The notes under the pieces are model-generated. The model did not search any database. It saw only the letters and a program-made list of their open reading frames with translations, and had not been told where the DNA came from. Both the position numbers and the translations under genes were made by a program. Below, one piece after another: positions 25,254-38,261 of a DNA stretch of 64,000 nucleotides. The stretch lies in contig NC_135769.1 in NCBI RefSeq assembly GCF_052425735.1, forward strand, positions 33,232,001 through 33,296,000, written 5' to 3'. This stretch comes from Oculina patagonica. Taxonomy: Eukaryota. Within the stretch, counting starts at the first letter, position 1. Each line of letters starts with the position of its first letter.

Positions 25254-26129
25254 CTAATAACAGAGCTTTTCGAAACAACTCTCGCCCCGAAAACCACACT
25301 ATGCAAACTGCTAACTTCGCGCTTTAGACGTTTGCAGTTTCCTTTTTTTCTTTGTGAGTTCTAATAATTAATCTTGACAAACACACACAAAAAAGGCGAA
25401 ACAGACGCCACAGCCAGTCAACTTTAAAAGTTACCAAGAGAAAGATTTTATTTACATTCATATGAAATAGGGAATCGAATAATATCGAATAAAAGGCAAT
25501 TAGATTTTTAAGGAGAGAAAGCATGTTTTAGATAAAGAACACAATGCACCTGAACCCCGAATAAATAAAAGAGCTGACGCTGATAACAACCAGCTCGTTT
25601 ATATTTTAAGGTTTAAACTGAAAAAAAAAACCGAGAATGCTCAAAACTCGTTGGCCGCACTGTCAGAATCATCAGTGTGCTCTCCGTAGCAAAACGCTCG
25701 CCAAAGTAGAATCACTACTGAGGTACCCGTGTGTTCCGGTCAATGCTTTCTTAAAACAAGAGCATCATTTTCATAGGTTTATTATTTTACAAGGACTAAG
25801 TGACGACGGTTTGCTTTATAAGATAATGCAGATAATTCATCTCTATTTTTAAATGGTAGACTGCAAAAGGTAGCATGGAATTAAAGGATAACCGACGCAA
25901 GAGACGCACACTTTGTCTAGATTTGTTAATCTTCGGGAATCGTCCGTCTCTGGCTTTTACAGCACCTGTCATCTGGCACAAACATCGAGCTGCCGGCTTA
26001 CGTCAATAACGCGAATGTTTGCATTAATTGCTAAAGAATTACATAAAATTCGGTTCATACAAGGTATTTTTCTGAAAGATTGGTTATCATGCAAACGTCT
26101 TGAGCTTAGAGAATCGATCTGTTCATTCC

Positions 26130-27047
26130 TCAGTTGCAACATGTAAAAATATTCCGCAGTAAATCTATAACAGCGCGACGAAAGTGTCTCATTTTCAAAC
26201 AGTAAATAACAGGGTTTAGAGACGAATTAAGGAATACCACGGTTAAAGTGCACAGCAACAACACCTGTCTAACAGTTCTTGATGTAGAGAACATAACGAC
26301 AACATAACTGCAAATCTGTGGCAAGTAGCAAACCAAAAATACAAGATATACGTAGAAAGTACCAACTGCAGATTTTCTGATGCTCGCAACATTTGCCATT
26401 TCATCATTCTGTGAGATGTGTTGGGTGTTTTGCACTTGAAGAACATGAATTTGATTTGTGAGACGTCGTACTGCAATATAAATCTTATAGTTTAGCACTG
26501 TTGTTGTTATGAGACAAACGATATCGATAATGGCAAAAATCACATAGGAAATGCTCGTTGGGGTCCACAACGTAATTGACGAAAGAAATGCACTCAACAG
26601 CCATATTGAGATCACTGCAGCAACAACACGCTTGTGAGTCACAAGTTCCTGATATCTGAGATGAAGATGAATAGCCAAGAACCTGTCTACACTCAGAGCC
26701 ATGACACCAAACAGCGACGCAAAAGAAAAGAAAGTTACAATAGTGACAAAAGCAGCGTAGATGCTGTAGTCCAGTATCCGCCTTACCAGAAGTGCGATGT
26801 AAAAAGGTTGAACCAGTAAGCCAACACCAAGATCAGAAACAGCAAGACTCAGGAGCAATGTTTTTAAAGGATTTGACAACGACAAAGTTTTTCTTATCAC
26901 ATGGATTGCTATTATATTCAACATGATGGCGGTGTATGATAAAAACGCGTTGAAAGTGCTATTGACTATGTACGCCGAATATAAGTAGTCGAATGCAGAA
27001 CTTGATGTCTCGGTTCCCTTGGATGAATCTCCAAATGGATCTGCCAT
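26130..27047 (-). CDS. Intronless class A GPCR (gene 6)
   Basis: 305 aa; family motifs; short ECL1; lacks both the N-terminal and the TM3-top Cys. Confidence 0.92.
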   Translation of the reverse strand: MADPFGDSSKGTETSSSAFDYLYSAYIVNSTFNAFLSYTAIMLNIIAIHVIRKTLSLSNPLKTLLLSLAVSDLGVGLLVQPFYIALLVRRILDYSIYAAFVTIVTFFSFASLFGVMALSVDRFLAIHLHLRYQELVTHKRVVAAVISIWLLSAFLSSITLWTPTSISYVIFAIIDIVCLITTTVLNYKIYIAVRRLTNQIHVLQVQNTQHISQNDEMANVASIRKSAVGTFYVYLVFLVCYLPQICSYVVVMFSTSRTVRQVLLLCTLTVVFLNSSLNPVIYCLKMRHFRRAVIDLLRNIFTCCN

Positions 27048-30000
27048 TATTTTGTGCTTTTTGGACCTTCCCCACTGTCATCGACAAAACATGCACTATA
27101 CTAGCTTGGTGCATGAAAGAGTTTCCCTGAAACTGATGTGAAAACGTCAGATGGCCAGGCTTTTACGTTTTCCAAACTTCCTTCCACATTCCAAATTTGC
27201 ATAAGCAATTAAGTCAGATTGATGAAGTATTAAATTTTAAAATAATTAGAATATTTCCACCGCTGTATTAAAACTACTCTTGAACCACATCATACTCGTC
27301 ACTTTTTGAGACTTGTGCACAAGAGTCTTATCTTTAACGATGACCTGTTTTGCACACAAATGTCGTTTGACTTTGGAACAAAGACGTTTTACTGCTACTC
27401 AACTCTCTTAGTTACATGTTTTCAGAGTAATAATAGAATCCTCGTGAAAAGACAAAATGTTTGTTTTATAATTGGCCTTTCATGACATGTAGCAGGGCCT
27501 AGAGCAGGTTAATCGAAAAGTAGCTTTATTTGTAGGACTACAGATAATCAGCATTAAAATAAAACCCTGGTAACAAGGCAAAATGTTTGCTTTATTCTTG
27601 GACTTCATGCCATGTAGCAGTGCCTAGAGTAGGTTTCTCGTCTGAAAATGAGCTGATTGGATTCTTGTCACTGAGTTCTCTACAAGGGGAAATTATTATT
27701 TCCTGGGATTTTCAGCTTTTTCGATGCTTTCAAAATTGCTTTATCACTGCGAAGGTTAAAAATATTTCCTTCTCCATCGACTCCCTCGGGTTTCTTTTGC
27801 ACCGTATTGCTGGCAAAAAAAAACTAAACTTCCAGGAAATTTATTAAAATTCTCTTTAGAAATGAGCTATTATTCAGAGTTCAGAAACGTACAACTGTAA
27901 GGCCTGCTGACGCAATCCTATTAGAAACTGACGTCTGTATTCCGGACGAGCTGACGTGTGCAAGACGTCCGGAAAAAGCCGTCAATAAATTTCTTCCCCT
28001 TACAATGTAAAGTAGATGCTTCGATAACCCAATATCAGAAGCGCGAGATGTGGGGAAAATTAACGTATTCTACATTTTCGAATTCACGCAAAAGCTAAGC
28101 CTGCTTCTGGCGTTTGGAGGCGTATTTTCCTAGTTAAAAATTTCACTATTTGGATAAACCAATACAAAAAAGTTTTATTCTAAACAAAAAATCATTCGTT
28201 CGACATATTTTGACCTCGTGTCCACCGGTTTTATTTATTCGCAAGCAGCCTCGGGAAAAAACGTTTCGACAGTTTCGATGTTTGGCCAGCGGTCGCTTCA
28301 CTATCACAAGATTAACAACTGAAACTTAAACACGAAATAAATGAAGATTTGTCTCAGAAATTTTCATGTGTAAACTTAGTATAATCAAAAAGATAACAAA
28401 ACAGAAATACTACACAATGCAAAACATTTTGTGCGCGTCGAAATGTCTGCGCAGGACGCAAAAAGCACATGAAGACATAGTTTTTGCCATGGTTTGCCCT
28501 CTGATTGGTTCATTTGAATTTAAATGCCCGTATCGTATGGCAGGTGAGTTGTGAACTTAACCCGCACTTAAGCGGCGAGCGGTTTTCTCAAAAAGAGTGA
28601 AGGGAGACTGATGGGTAGTCCGTGACCTCTGAGGATGTTTGTAAATGTTGAATCCCCAATCAAATGGCCAGCGGTCAGCAATTTTTCCGGAAATGGGTCG
28701 AGTGTGTGGTGAGTTAGACCAATCAGCACTCGGTGGCCCCTGGTATGAGATGACTGAGGGAATTATGGAGTCTTGGATATGGAAACCGTAACACAAAGGA
28801 GACGACTTCAACAAAGAGATTACTCTCGATATGCGCATTCACTACAAAGACGCATTATTCTTTACGCCACCCTGTGTGTGTCTTAAAGTAATCAAAACCA
28901 ACTCCTCTGAAACAACTTTCCAAGAAAACATACAGAACACAGAATTCAAGTCTAGGCTGCGCTGGAGGCAGAATTTTTCATTTTCTCAGTTTTTTTTCAT
29001 CAAGGACAGCGTAAGAAAACATTGCCCTTGGACGAGCAAATAGTCCAGTGATCAAGCTTCTGTCAGTGCCTAACCTTTAGGATATTATAGTAAACAAATT
29101 GCATCTTATAAAATCAGCTGCTACTCAGTGGAATATACTAGAACCTATCTTTGTATCATACAGAAACGGTAATTTTTCATTATCGCCAGTGTCGAATCAG
29201 CTGTCAGACAACTAAACGTCGAACGAGCGGACACGGTCAGAAGAACTGTCAACAATATCCTTCAACAGGCAGAACTACCAGAGCCTAACATCCCGAAGGA
29301 AATGCGAGACGCGCTCAAAAGCCTAAAGGAGGACGAGTCCATCATGGTTCTCCCAGCAGATAAAGGGCGTGCAAGCGTAGTCATGGATGCTGATACCTAC
29401 CGCACTAAGATGTCTACCCTGATCGAGACCGGACCGTACCAGCGCCTGAACAAAGACCCGACAGACCGTTTGACTCGAAAGCTGTCTGAAAAGCTGCTTA
29501 CCCTGAAACGAAACGGAGATCTATCAGAGGCCGTTTACAACAAGATCAGACCCCGACACAAACAGCCGCCAAGAATCTACGGTTTACCAAAAATCCACAA
29601 GGCCGATATACCTTTAAGACCTATTGTATCATGTGTTAACACCTTTGCATATGATTTATCCACCTACTTAGCTAACATCTTGTCTCCTTTGACAGGTAAC
29701 TCGGATTTCACGGTGACTAATTCAGCCCACTTCGTATCCACCATCAGCAGTGAGACGATCCTAGACAACGAGATCATGGTGTCCTTCGACGTAGAGTCGC
29801 TGTTTACCAACGTTCCTATCGACGGCGCTGTACAAGCCGCGCTACGGAAACTAGAGAACGACCCCAGCCTTGCTGACCGCACAACGCTAACACCTGCTCA
29901 GATCGCTGACCTTCTGACGTTTGTATTGAGATCCACATACTTTCAGTATAACGGATCAATCTACGAACAACAAGAAGGCGCAGCCATGGGAAGCCCGGTT

Positions 30001-30723
30001 TCCGCTGTTATTGCTAACCTCTACATGGAGAGCTTTGAGGAGCAGGCTATAACTTCATCATCCTACAAGCCTAAGATATGGAAACGCTACGTGGACGACA
30101 CCTTCACCATCTTGGATCGCGAAAACGTCGATAGCTTCTTATAACATCTTAACATCCAGCAGCCTTCCATCCGTTTCACCATTGAAACAGAGAATGACAG
30201 CAAACTCGCCTTCCTTGACACCGCAGTTTCGAGAGAACCAGACGACCGTCTCACCTCCAGCGTATACAGGAAGCCTACGCACACTGATCAATACTTAGCG
30301 TATGATTCACATCACCCTCAATCAGTAAAACGCGGTATTGTTAAGTGTCTTTACGATCGTGCTAAACGCCTCGTAACAAAACCATCTGTTACCTCCAAGG
30401 AGAAAAAACATCTGTCATCTGTTCTTGTATCTAATGGTTATCCTTTTTCTTTCTTGCAGAAGATCACCAAGACCAGAAAACCGAGCACCAACGCTGAACC
30501 CGCGACCGAGTTTAAATCCACTGCGGTTTTGCCCTACGTCAAAGGCCTTTCCGAACAACTTCGCCGCTGCCTACAACAACAAGGCGTGCGGGCTGTTTTC
30601 AAGTCGGAAACCACACTACGATCACACCTAGTACGGCCGAAAGACGCTGTTGATTCCACTAAGCAAGATGGTGTTGTTTACAGGATTCCCTGTGAATGTG
30701 GCAAAGTTTACGTCTCGGTGAGA

Positions 30724-32865
30724 ACACCCCTCTGTAACAGACCTGGTGAAACCCGACCTGGTGGGTTATTTTACCCTCCCTGGTGGAAATTTGACCTCCC
30801 TAGTCCCTGGTGATTATCTGAAAAATCCCTGGTCAATTTTATTTCTCCCCGGTGAAGAATTTTGTTTACCTGGTCAGGAAAAATCAACCAAAATCTTTCT
30901 GCTGGCTTAAACAGAAGAAAACGACGCGCGGCAAAAAGATAATTTAATATTTGACTATAACTTGATGTAAATAGCAAAAAGTAATTGTTAACTTCTTTCT
31001 ATTGTTTTTGTCGCTTGTTCTGCTGTCATGCACGTCACTGAAGAGACAAAACAGATCTGTTTCCTTTTCTATATGTAATACGAGCATGTGAATGATTCAG
31101 AGCGATTTGAACAGCGCGCGCGGCCCAAAGCGAATATGTGGAAGTATTTTCGACCCGGCTATCTACAGCATTTTATAGAACAAATACGCAGAGGATAATC
31201 AGCTTGACCGATATAATTCTTGGTGAGTATTAAGTGGCTTTTTTCCGTCGATTAAGCAGCCTTGAGCAGTTTGAGCGGCGTTTGATGTAAATATCGTGTT
31301 TAACTTTGCAGCCCGCCGGCACAATGTGACGTAAAAAATACGCAAGTTATTCAAGTGCATTCAAGATCATTCAAGTGGCGTATTATGATATATTTTTTAA
31401 TTAAGCTGCCTCAAATTGTAAGTACAGTGTAAATAGTACTTTGTGTAGCTTTCACCTGCGTGAAACTAGTAATGCCTAACTGGAGGACAGCAATCATTAA
31501 CACGTATTTTTCACTGCTCGCTAAATCCGAAAAAAGGGACAATTCATTCGACCTGTAAAAGATATAAGCAGACGGTTTTCTTATTTTGATTCTTTATGCA
31601 TTGACCTCAAAAATGGATCAACGAATAAGAGCCGGCATTGTAAACATTTTGCAACTGTAACGGTAAACGGAGACACAGTTTTAATTTAGGCGCACCCGTG
31701 CTAGACAACCTCTGGATCTGTCTCTTGGTGCACGTCTCTTTTGATCATAAATCTTTATGTCAGTTACCTTCTGGAAAAGTAATTGAATTTGTATTCAGAT
31801 TAGCAGGGCTTGAGAGACGTTCAAACTAGGGAGTCGAGAAAATGATCCCACGAAAATTTATCCCAAATTCTTTGAAACAGTATCGAATATCTGGCTGAAT
31901 TAACATTAACCTTTGATTAATTTTAAGTCGTAAATTTATGTTTTGGCGGGTGCAATCCGTCAAGCGCAAGGTTGGTTGCCTGGTGAAGCTGCCTGGTTGC
32001 ATATGAAAGTCCCTTCAAAACGCACGAAATGTGATCTCGGGCTGTCTAATCTTTCAAATTTTCCCGGGGAGGCATGCCCCTGGACCCCAGTAGCTTACAC
32101 CTTCGGCTTTCACACGATTCCATCTTCCACTCGGATCTTTGGCGCTCTGAAGAACCGTCGTTTTAAATCCTGCCTACAGGCCTGCTTAGAACTGGAAAAG
32201 TAACATGCATCTAAAGGAAGTTTAATCATTTTAAGGCGATGACGTCAGTCCATTGCCTTATATCATTAGGCGGTCGGCGGAATTTGTTCTTCTGTTCGTC
32301 ATCGCTTCTACCTGCATTGCGTGCCGTTTATGGTACTCTGACGGGCAAAGAATTTTAGAGGATTTCAGGAATCTAAACTCCGGCGGACCCATTGCAGATG
32401 GCGGTAATGCACTGTGCGATACAAAGAACGCTCGGGGATCGCAAAATCGGCTCGTTTGCCGTATAACGCGAAGGACTTAAAGGACTTCTTATACAAGAAA
32501 ATAAGTCCGATGCCTTTATTCGATTTGGTTTCTCCTTTGCCACTTTTCTTCGTGTAAGAGCAGGATACAGACAGTACGTTACTTCAGTTGTTTACGTACA
32601 ATGCAAAAGAAACAACGGTGTCATCTACAGCCGTTAGTTAGGCGACATCGGTGCGGAAAGTTGTGCACGATTACCCCGCTAAGTTTTATTGCATATTGGG
32701 TCACAAAGTTTTGCATATACATGCATACATGGTTAGATTTAATAAATCATCGACCTCCGTGGTGAAAAAAAAATCAACCTGGTGGATTTTTTACTGCCCT
32801 GGTCGATTTTGTGTTGAAAAACTGGTGGAAAATCAGGTGTTACCAGGTCTGTTACAGAGGGGTGT
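30724..32865. mobile_element. Non-autonomous TIR DNA transposon, 24-bp TIR, 6-bp TSD
   Basis: Perfect TIR ACACCCCTCTGTAACAGACCTGGT; GTGAGA at 30718-30723 and 32866-32871; subterminal CCTGGT repeats; no transposase ORF. Confidence 0.92.
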
Positions 32866-33287
32866 GTGAGACTGGAAGACCTATGCAAGACAGGATCAAA
32901 GAACACGACCGGGACATCCGACTCGCCCGTACCCAGACCTCCGCCGTTTCAGAGCACTCCCACAACACCGGACACTACCCGCTTTGGAATGAGGTAAAGT
33001 TTATTGATCGTGAACCACACTGGTACAAACGAAGGGTCAAAGAGGCAATTCACATAAGACTTCACCCTAGTAATATCAACAGGGATAATGGAATTGAAAT
33101 TCCTGAAGCATGGATGCCTACGATCAAAAAACACAACAACAGGAGAACTGTACGACAGCGGACCGCTGAGGGAACAACAGGACACAGAAACAGCGAGGAT
33201 CGAAATGCACCAATCACAGCTGTTGAAAACCAACCAATAACAGCGCAGCAGCATGCTTTATAAGTTCACGCACAACCAGTCGACCTT

Positions 33288-33331
33288 ATCGCCTGATGAA
33301 GACTAGCAGTGTGCAGTCGAAACGTCGCGAT
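33288..33331 (+). ncRNA. Minimal type I hammerhead ribozyme in the Penelope 3' end
   Basis: ATCGC-CTGATGA-A-GACT...AGTC-GAAA-CGTC-GCGAT: stems I and II pair; palindromic ACGT stem III; GUC cleavage triplet. Confidence 0.88.
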
Positions 33332-34580
33332 CTCCATCACAAGTGACTACGTCGTGAGACAAACGAAAAATACTTTATTATTTTAGCATAGTTTGTACGT
33401 ACGTGAGTGCGAAACAAAACGCGCAATATGTTTCAATTCCGAATTTATTCTTTTCGTAACACAATTGGAAAGCAAACTAATTTGCGAGCTGGTCATTCTT
33501 AAAAATTAATTACAAAGGAAAGACGAAAATAAACTTCTTTGAAAGTTTTTTATACAGATTTGCTATGTTAGTTCATTACTGATCCATATACTTGATACAG
33601 TGTCAACTCACAAACTCGCATGGGAAAGAATAAAAGTTTGTTTACGGCAACCTAACACGGTGCCATACTATTGTAAGAATTATGATTTAACAACTGAAAA
33701 ATTCCATCTACGTACTGTGATTATTTATAAAACTTTGACAAAAAAATTTCTTAGTTTTCATGACTTGACAAATCAACCCACGCTTCTTATTTTGTTGTTC
33801 TGGATACAGCGCTGATGAAAATTTCATTTTTCCGGTGGCTCTTAGCAGGTGTCATAATACTGGGAAAGTTAAATACCCATTATTCCGCCTTGACTCCGGT
33901 GTGACTATCAAATTAATTTTTAAGTAACAGGTAATAAACTTAATTGTCAAGCACGCGTAGTCTTGATAAGCCAATCAGTTGCGGTGTATCACTTCTTACG
34001 TGAAATTGCGTCGTCTAATCAGAAGGCATGTATTACCTTTCGTGTCACACGCGGAAAAATATTTCCAGCACTTTCTAGCGTGTTAGCTTTCCATTGTTGC
34101 AGGGTTAATTAAAACAAGTTCAATTTTTAAGTTTGTTGTGCTAGTATCAAGCCGGCTGAGGATTCTCGCATTTTTGCTTAGAATTGATCCAAAACTGGGA
34201 CAGGATTTAATTTTGGTTTAAAAGCTGTTTTCAGTTGTGTTTTACGATGAATGAGGTGACCAACAACAAAGCGGTAAGAAAAGTCGTTTATCAATTTTGA
34301 AACTTATCTTTATGTTTTACAAGATATCTGAAGGTCAAAAAGTTAGTTGCAATAGTGCTTTCAGTAGACTCGAGATAGTGTAGCGAATAAAGGGTTTGTA
34401 ATCTTAAATTCATATGCGAAAAAAGTGTTAAGAAGTGCGGTGTATAAATACTACCATCATGGTTACGTAACCACTAACAGCAGATTTGCTTCCGTAAAAC
34501 CTGCAAACATTTGCAATAACTTTTCATAACTTTGAAAGGTTAGAAAAGTATTTTCTTCTCTTCAGAGTGTGAAATTCAAC

Positions 34581-37502
34581 ATGAACAAGAAGATTTTATG
34601 TTTTCCGCTTGTTCCCGCCTTGTTGTTGTTTGCGGTGTTTACGGCAGACTTGGTCATCACAGAAGCGTCTTACTCTACATTGAGCAACGGAATGCTTTTT
34701 GAAAGACTTGAAGGTAACAGTCCCAAGCTCAAAATATTTATTATTTTTGCTGATCGTAGTACAATTGTACTAACTTTAATAAGTTAAAGGAATGTTGTTC
34801 GTATAATGTGATCTTCCGGGCTCCGAGAGTAGTCCTGAAAAGAACTGTTGTTGGTGACTGATTTTTCGATGAAAAGCTGTTGACAGTCGGTATCACCTTA
34901 AGTTGGATATTTTCTTTATTTGTTTCAGCTGTCTGCTTGATGTATTGATTTTGAAAGGAGAAAGTGAATTACTCGCGGGAATTTTTAGATTTAACCGCAA
35001 CGAATTATTTTTAACATTGTTTCTTGTTGAGTCGTTTAATTCGACTTCTGATTCTGAATCCGCGATTTTACAGATGTTTTAAATGTATAATTTATAATTT
35101 CCCTTTACCTGACACAATTTACATTTTTACGCGCTCGTCACCAATTAACATTTAGGTTTTAACATAAGTTGGTGCAAAGTCATGCATTCGGTTCATAACA
35201 AGTTTATTTTAACGCGAACATTCTGTCAATCTTTTTTATTTTTAATCCTTTATTTATATTGATCCTCCTCTGTTTAACTGTTGTATGCTCCCTGTGGCCA
35301 AATTACAAAAGAGATATCAATGCTACGTGCTCTCACTGTGCTCCAAACCGCTCTCACTTTATCTCGTTAAGGATTAGTAAGGCTGACAACAGTGTGATAT
35401 GACTTGACTAGATGCGATTTTGAAAATTGTGCACCTTCTACGAATGGACTTTCGCGGCCCTCCCCCCATCCTCCTATAAAAATCATTCATAGTTGGAACC
35501 TTGTACAGAAATGTTTTTAATAATTTATTTCTCTGTACTTTATGTGCTCTCAGGAGAATACATCCATAGTTTTTACACTGCGTACAATTTGCCCACCCCT
35601 AACATTGAATATTTTTCAGGTTTTGAACTTGTTGGACACGTCATAGAAACTTCAACTACTGATGAGTTTAGCTGTGGATTTCGATGTCTTAGAAATGGAA
35701 AATGTTTTTCATACAACAGTCACTCTGATGGTACATGTCAGTTAAGTAACCACACAAGGCAGTCAAGTCCAGATCGTTTGAGGCGCAGAACAGGGTCTAC
35801 TTATTATGGCAAAGGTAGATTGGAATATTACAAAAATTAACAATTTTCCGCAAGGAATTGCTAGGATGTCTAGCGGTGTTACCTGAGTCACAAACTGAAT
35901 AGAAAGCTTGTTAGCAAACCATTCCTGAGTAACATTTGGTCTCTGTTTCAAAACGCGTCGCGCTGCAAAAACATTTTCTTTCAAACAAGTCTCATTTTCG
36001 TTTTGTACGTTTAAGCACCAGTCCGAGGAAACTCGAACATGAACCATAAAGGGTCAAATCTAATCTTACTTGTGGTTGTTAGTTAAGCAATAATTGAAGT
36101 CTCTTCCTATTTTTGTTACAACTTCAGCTCTTAATAAGGAAAATACTCAGAAGATGAAAGGGCTTTTATCAGCACTCCGCGGACAAATATTTTAAAGTTT
36201 TGATGAACTTATTTCATGGGTATCTCATTGTTTCTTCCTATTTCACTGATACAATAAAGAACAAATTTGTGTGACTTTGACGTTGCCAGTTCACTAAGAG
36301 AATTGCCGGTAACCTAGTTAAAGAATAACTCTTACTTGTACAGAACGCCTCTCTTTATTTAATTGCAGACTTACTGGGTTGGTCTTCCTCTCGTCCTGGT
36401 CACTCTTGTGAGCACATTCTGGACTATGGGAGTTCCATAGGGGACGGAGAGTACTGGATCGACCCTGAGAAGAATGGAAACCCTTTGAAAGTCTATTGTG
36501 ACATGACAACAGACGGAGGTAAGTAATTGATAATATCCTGATATTATAAATCTTATGTCTTGATGATAGCTTAATATCATCCATCAGATGTGACAGCTTA
36601 GTTTTGCAAGATATTTTCAATCCAAGATATCAATTAAGAATGTTCATTGTGCAACGTTGAAGTATTAGTTACTCTTTGTGTGATTTGACGCAGACTAGAC
36701 CAGTTAAAAAATAATAATAAAAGCAACGCTCCCCTCTATAAAATACCACATCCGGATATGATAGTTGCTCGATTTTGTGCTTTCTCAGCAATTGTGTTAT
36801 TAATAGAGAAAACTGGTTTAAAGGTTTAACGCCTACGGCTAGGAGTAGCACCTTTATTTTTAGCCCTTACATGTTAAGTTTACGTTATGATGCGACTGGC
36901 ACAGGTTAACTTGCAACCATTCAATCGGTCATTTTAGTTATAACGGGATTTGCTAATTATTCTCAGGTGGCTGGCTCCTTATCCTGAATATTGTGATTGA
37001 AGACAGCTTGTCACCGACCCTTAACAGTCCTGAGACATCTTACCGCAAAATCGACAGTTATCGTAACAACAGGATGATTATTGCTAATAGCGCCCTCCAT
37101 GAGCTGAGAGCACACTTGCCTTTCACTCAACTGAGATTCCACTGCAATAAACAACAAGGGCGTACATTCCACGTGACCACCGTCACTAACAGCACTGGTG
37201 AAGCTGTAATCCAGTACTACACGGGTCGAACGGAAACCATGCCAGCAGCCTGTGGATCATTTTTACGAATGGCAGACGACAACTCATACCTGTCACGTGA
37301 CTGCGCCCAATGGGGGAGGGACGCACAAGGATATTACTCTGCTAAATGGGGTCATCAAGGAATGCGTGAATTGTACGATCATCCAGCTTTTATAAAAAGT
37401 TTATATCACTGGGTCACCATTCCAGCTCAAAACAGATGGGAATGCGATGATATTCAAATCGCGCCATCCTCTGGAGACTTCTGGAAAATTTTTGTTCGTT
37501 GA
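34581..37502 (+). CDS. 4-exon gene for a secreted PAN/apple + fibrinogen/COLFI-like domain protein (337 aa); exons 34581-34713, 35620-35814, 36369-36518, 36967-37502
   Basis: Hydrophobic signal peptide (MNKKILCFPLVPALLLFAVF); three GT-AG phase-1 introns; exons sum to 1014 nt in frame; PAN Cys pattern (SCGFRCLRNGKCFSYN..CQLS); SC..I..GDGEYWIDP..VYCDMTTDGGGW motif spans exons 3 and 4. Confidence 0.85.
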
Positions 37503-37669
37503 ATTCACTACTTATTTGATATACTGTATATAGCTGTAGTAAAGTAAGTCCAACTTGGAAAGTTCGGTGTTTCTGACAGACATTTTTTTTATTCCACTGA
37601 ATTGGACTGTTTAGTCTGTAGCAAAGAATATTCGTATACAAAGCTCACGGTACAAATTTCAATGACCTT

Positions 37670-38064
37670 AGAGCACACTTGCCTTTCACTCAACCGAGAT
37701 TCCACTGCAGTAAACAACAAGGCCGTACATTCCACGTGACCACCGTCACTAACAGCACTGGTGAAGCTGTAATCCAGTACTTCACGGGTCGAACGGAAAC
37801 CATGCTAGCAGCCTGTGGATCATTTGTACGAATGGCAGACGACAACTCATACCTGTCACGTGACTGCGCCCAATGGGGGTTGGACGCTCAAGGATATTAT
37901 GCTGTTAAATGGGGTCATCGAGCAAAGCGTGAATTGTACAATCTCCCAGCTTTTATAAAAACCATCACCACTGGTACACCTCTCCAGTTTATAACAGATG
38001 GAAATGCGATGATGCTCTAATCGCGCCATCCTCTGGCGACTTCTGGAAAATTTTTGTTCGTTGA
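37670..38064 (+). pseudogene. Partial duplicate of exon 4 of the fibrinogen-like gene, frameshifted
   Basis: Matches 37107-37502 plus downstream 3' UTR; 1 nt short near 37962; starts mid-exon. Confidence 0.85.
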
Positions 38065-38147
38065 ATACACTACTTATATGATATACTGTATATAGCTGTA
38101 GTAAAGTAAGTTGAACTTGGACAGTTCAGTGCTTCTGAGAGACACTG

Positions 38148-38261
38148 TTTATAAGATACCACCACCACTGGTACACCACTCCAGTTCATAACAGATGGGA
38201 ATGCGATGATGCGTTAAATGCGCCGTCCTCTGGCGACGTCTGGAAGATTTTTGTTCGTTGA
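38148..38261 (+). pseudogene. Second, shorter duplicate of the exon 4 C-terminus
   Basis: FIRYHHHWYTTPVHNRWECDDALNAPSSGDVWKIFVR*, followed by a homologous 3' UTR to ~38390. Confidence 0.85.

Larger units (their letters stand above)
29178..33380 (+). mobile_element. Penelope-like retroelement (RT + GIY-YIG), 5'-truncated, inactivated and interrupted
   Basis: ADKG, YGLPKIHK, LRPIVS, SFDVESLFTNVP, GAAMGSP, RYVDD; in-frame TAA at 30142; GVVYRIPCECGKVY..GETGR..RIKEH endonuclease split by the 30724-32865 insertion; 3' hammerhead. Confidence 0.93.

Noticed and set aside
30885-32750. Transposase or captured gene inside the 6-bp-TSD element
   Set aside because: Only short ORFs without motifs; a spliced remnant cannot be excluded by eye.
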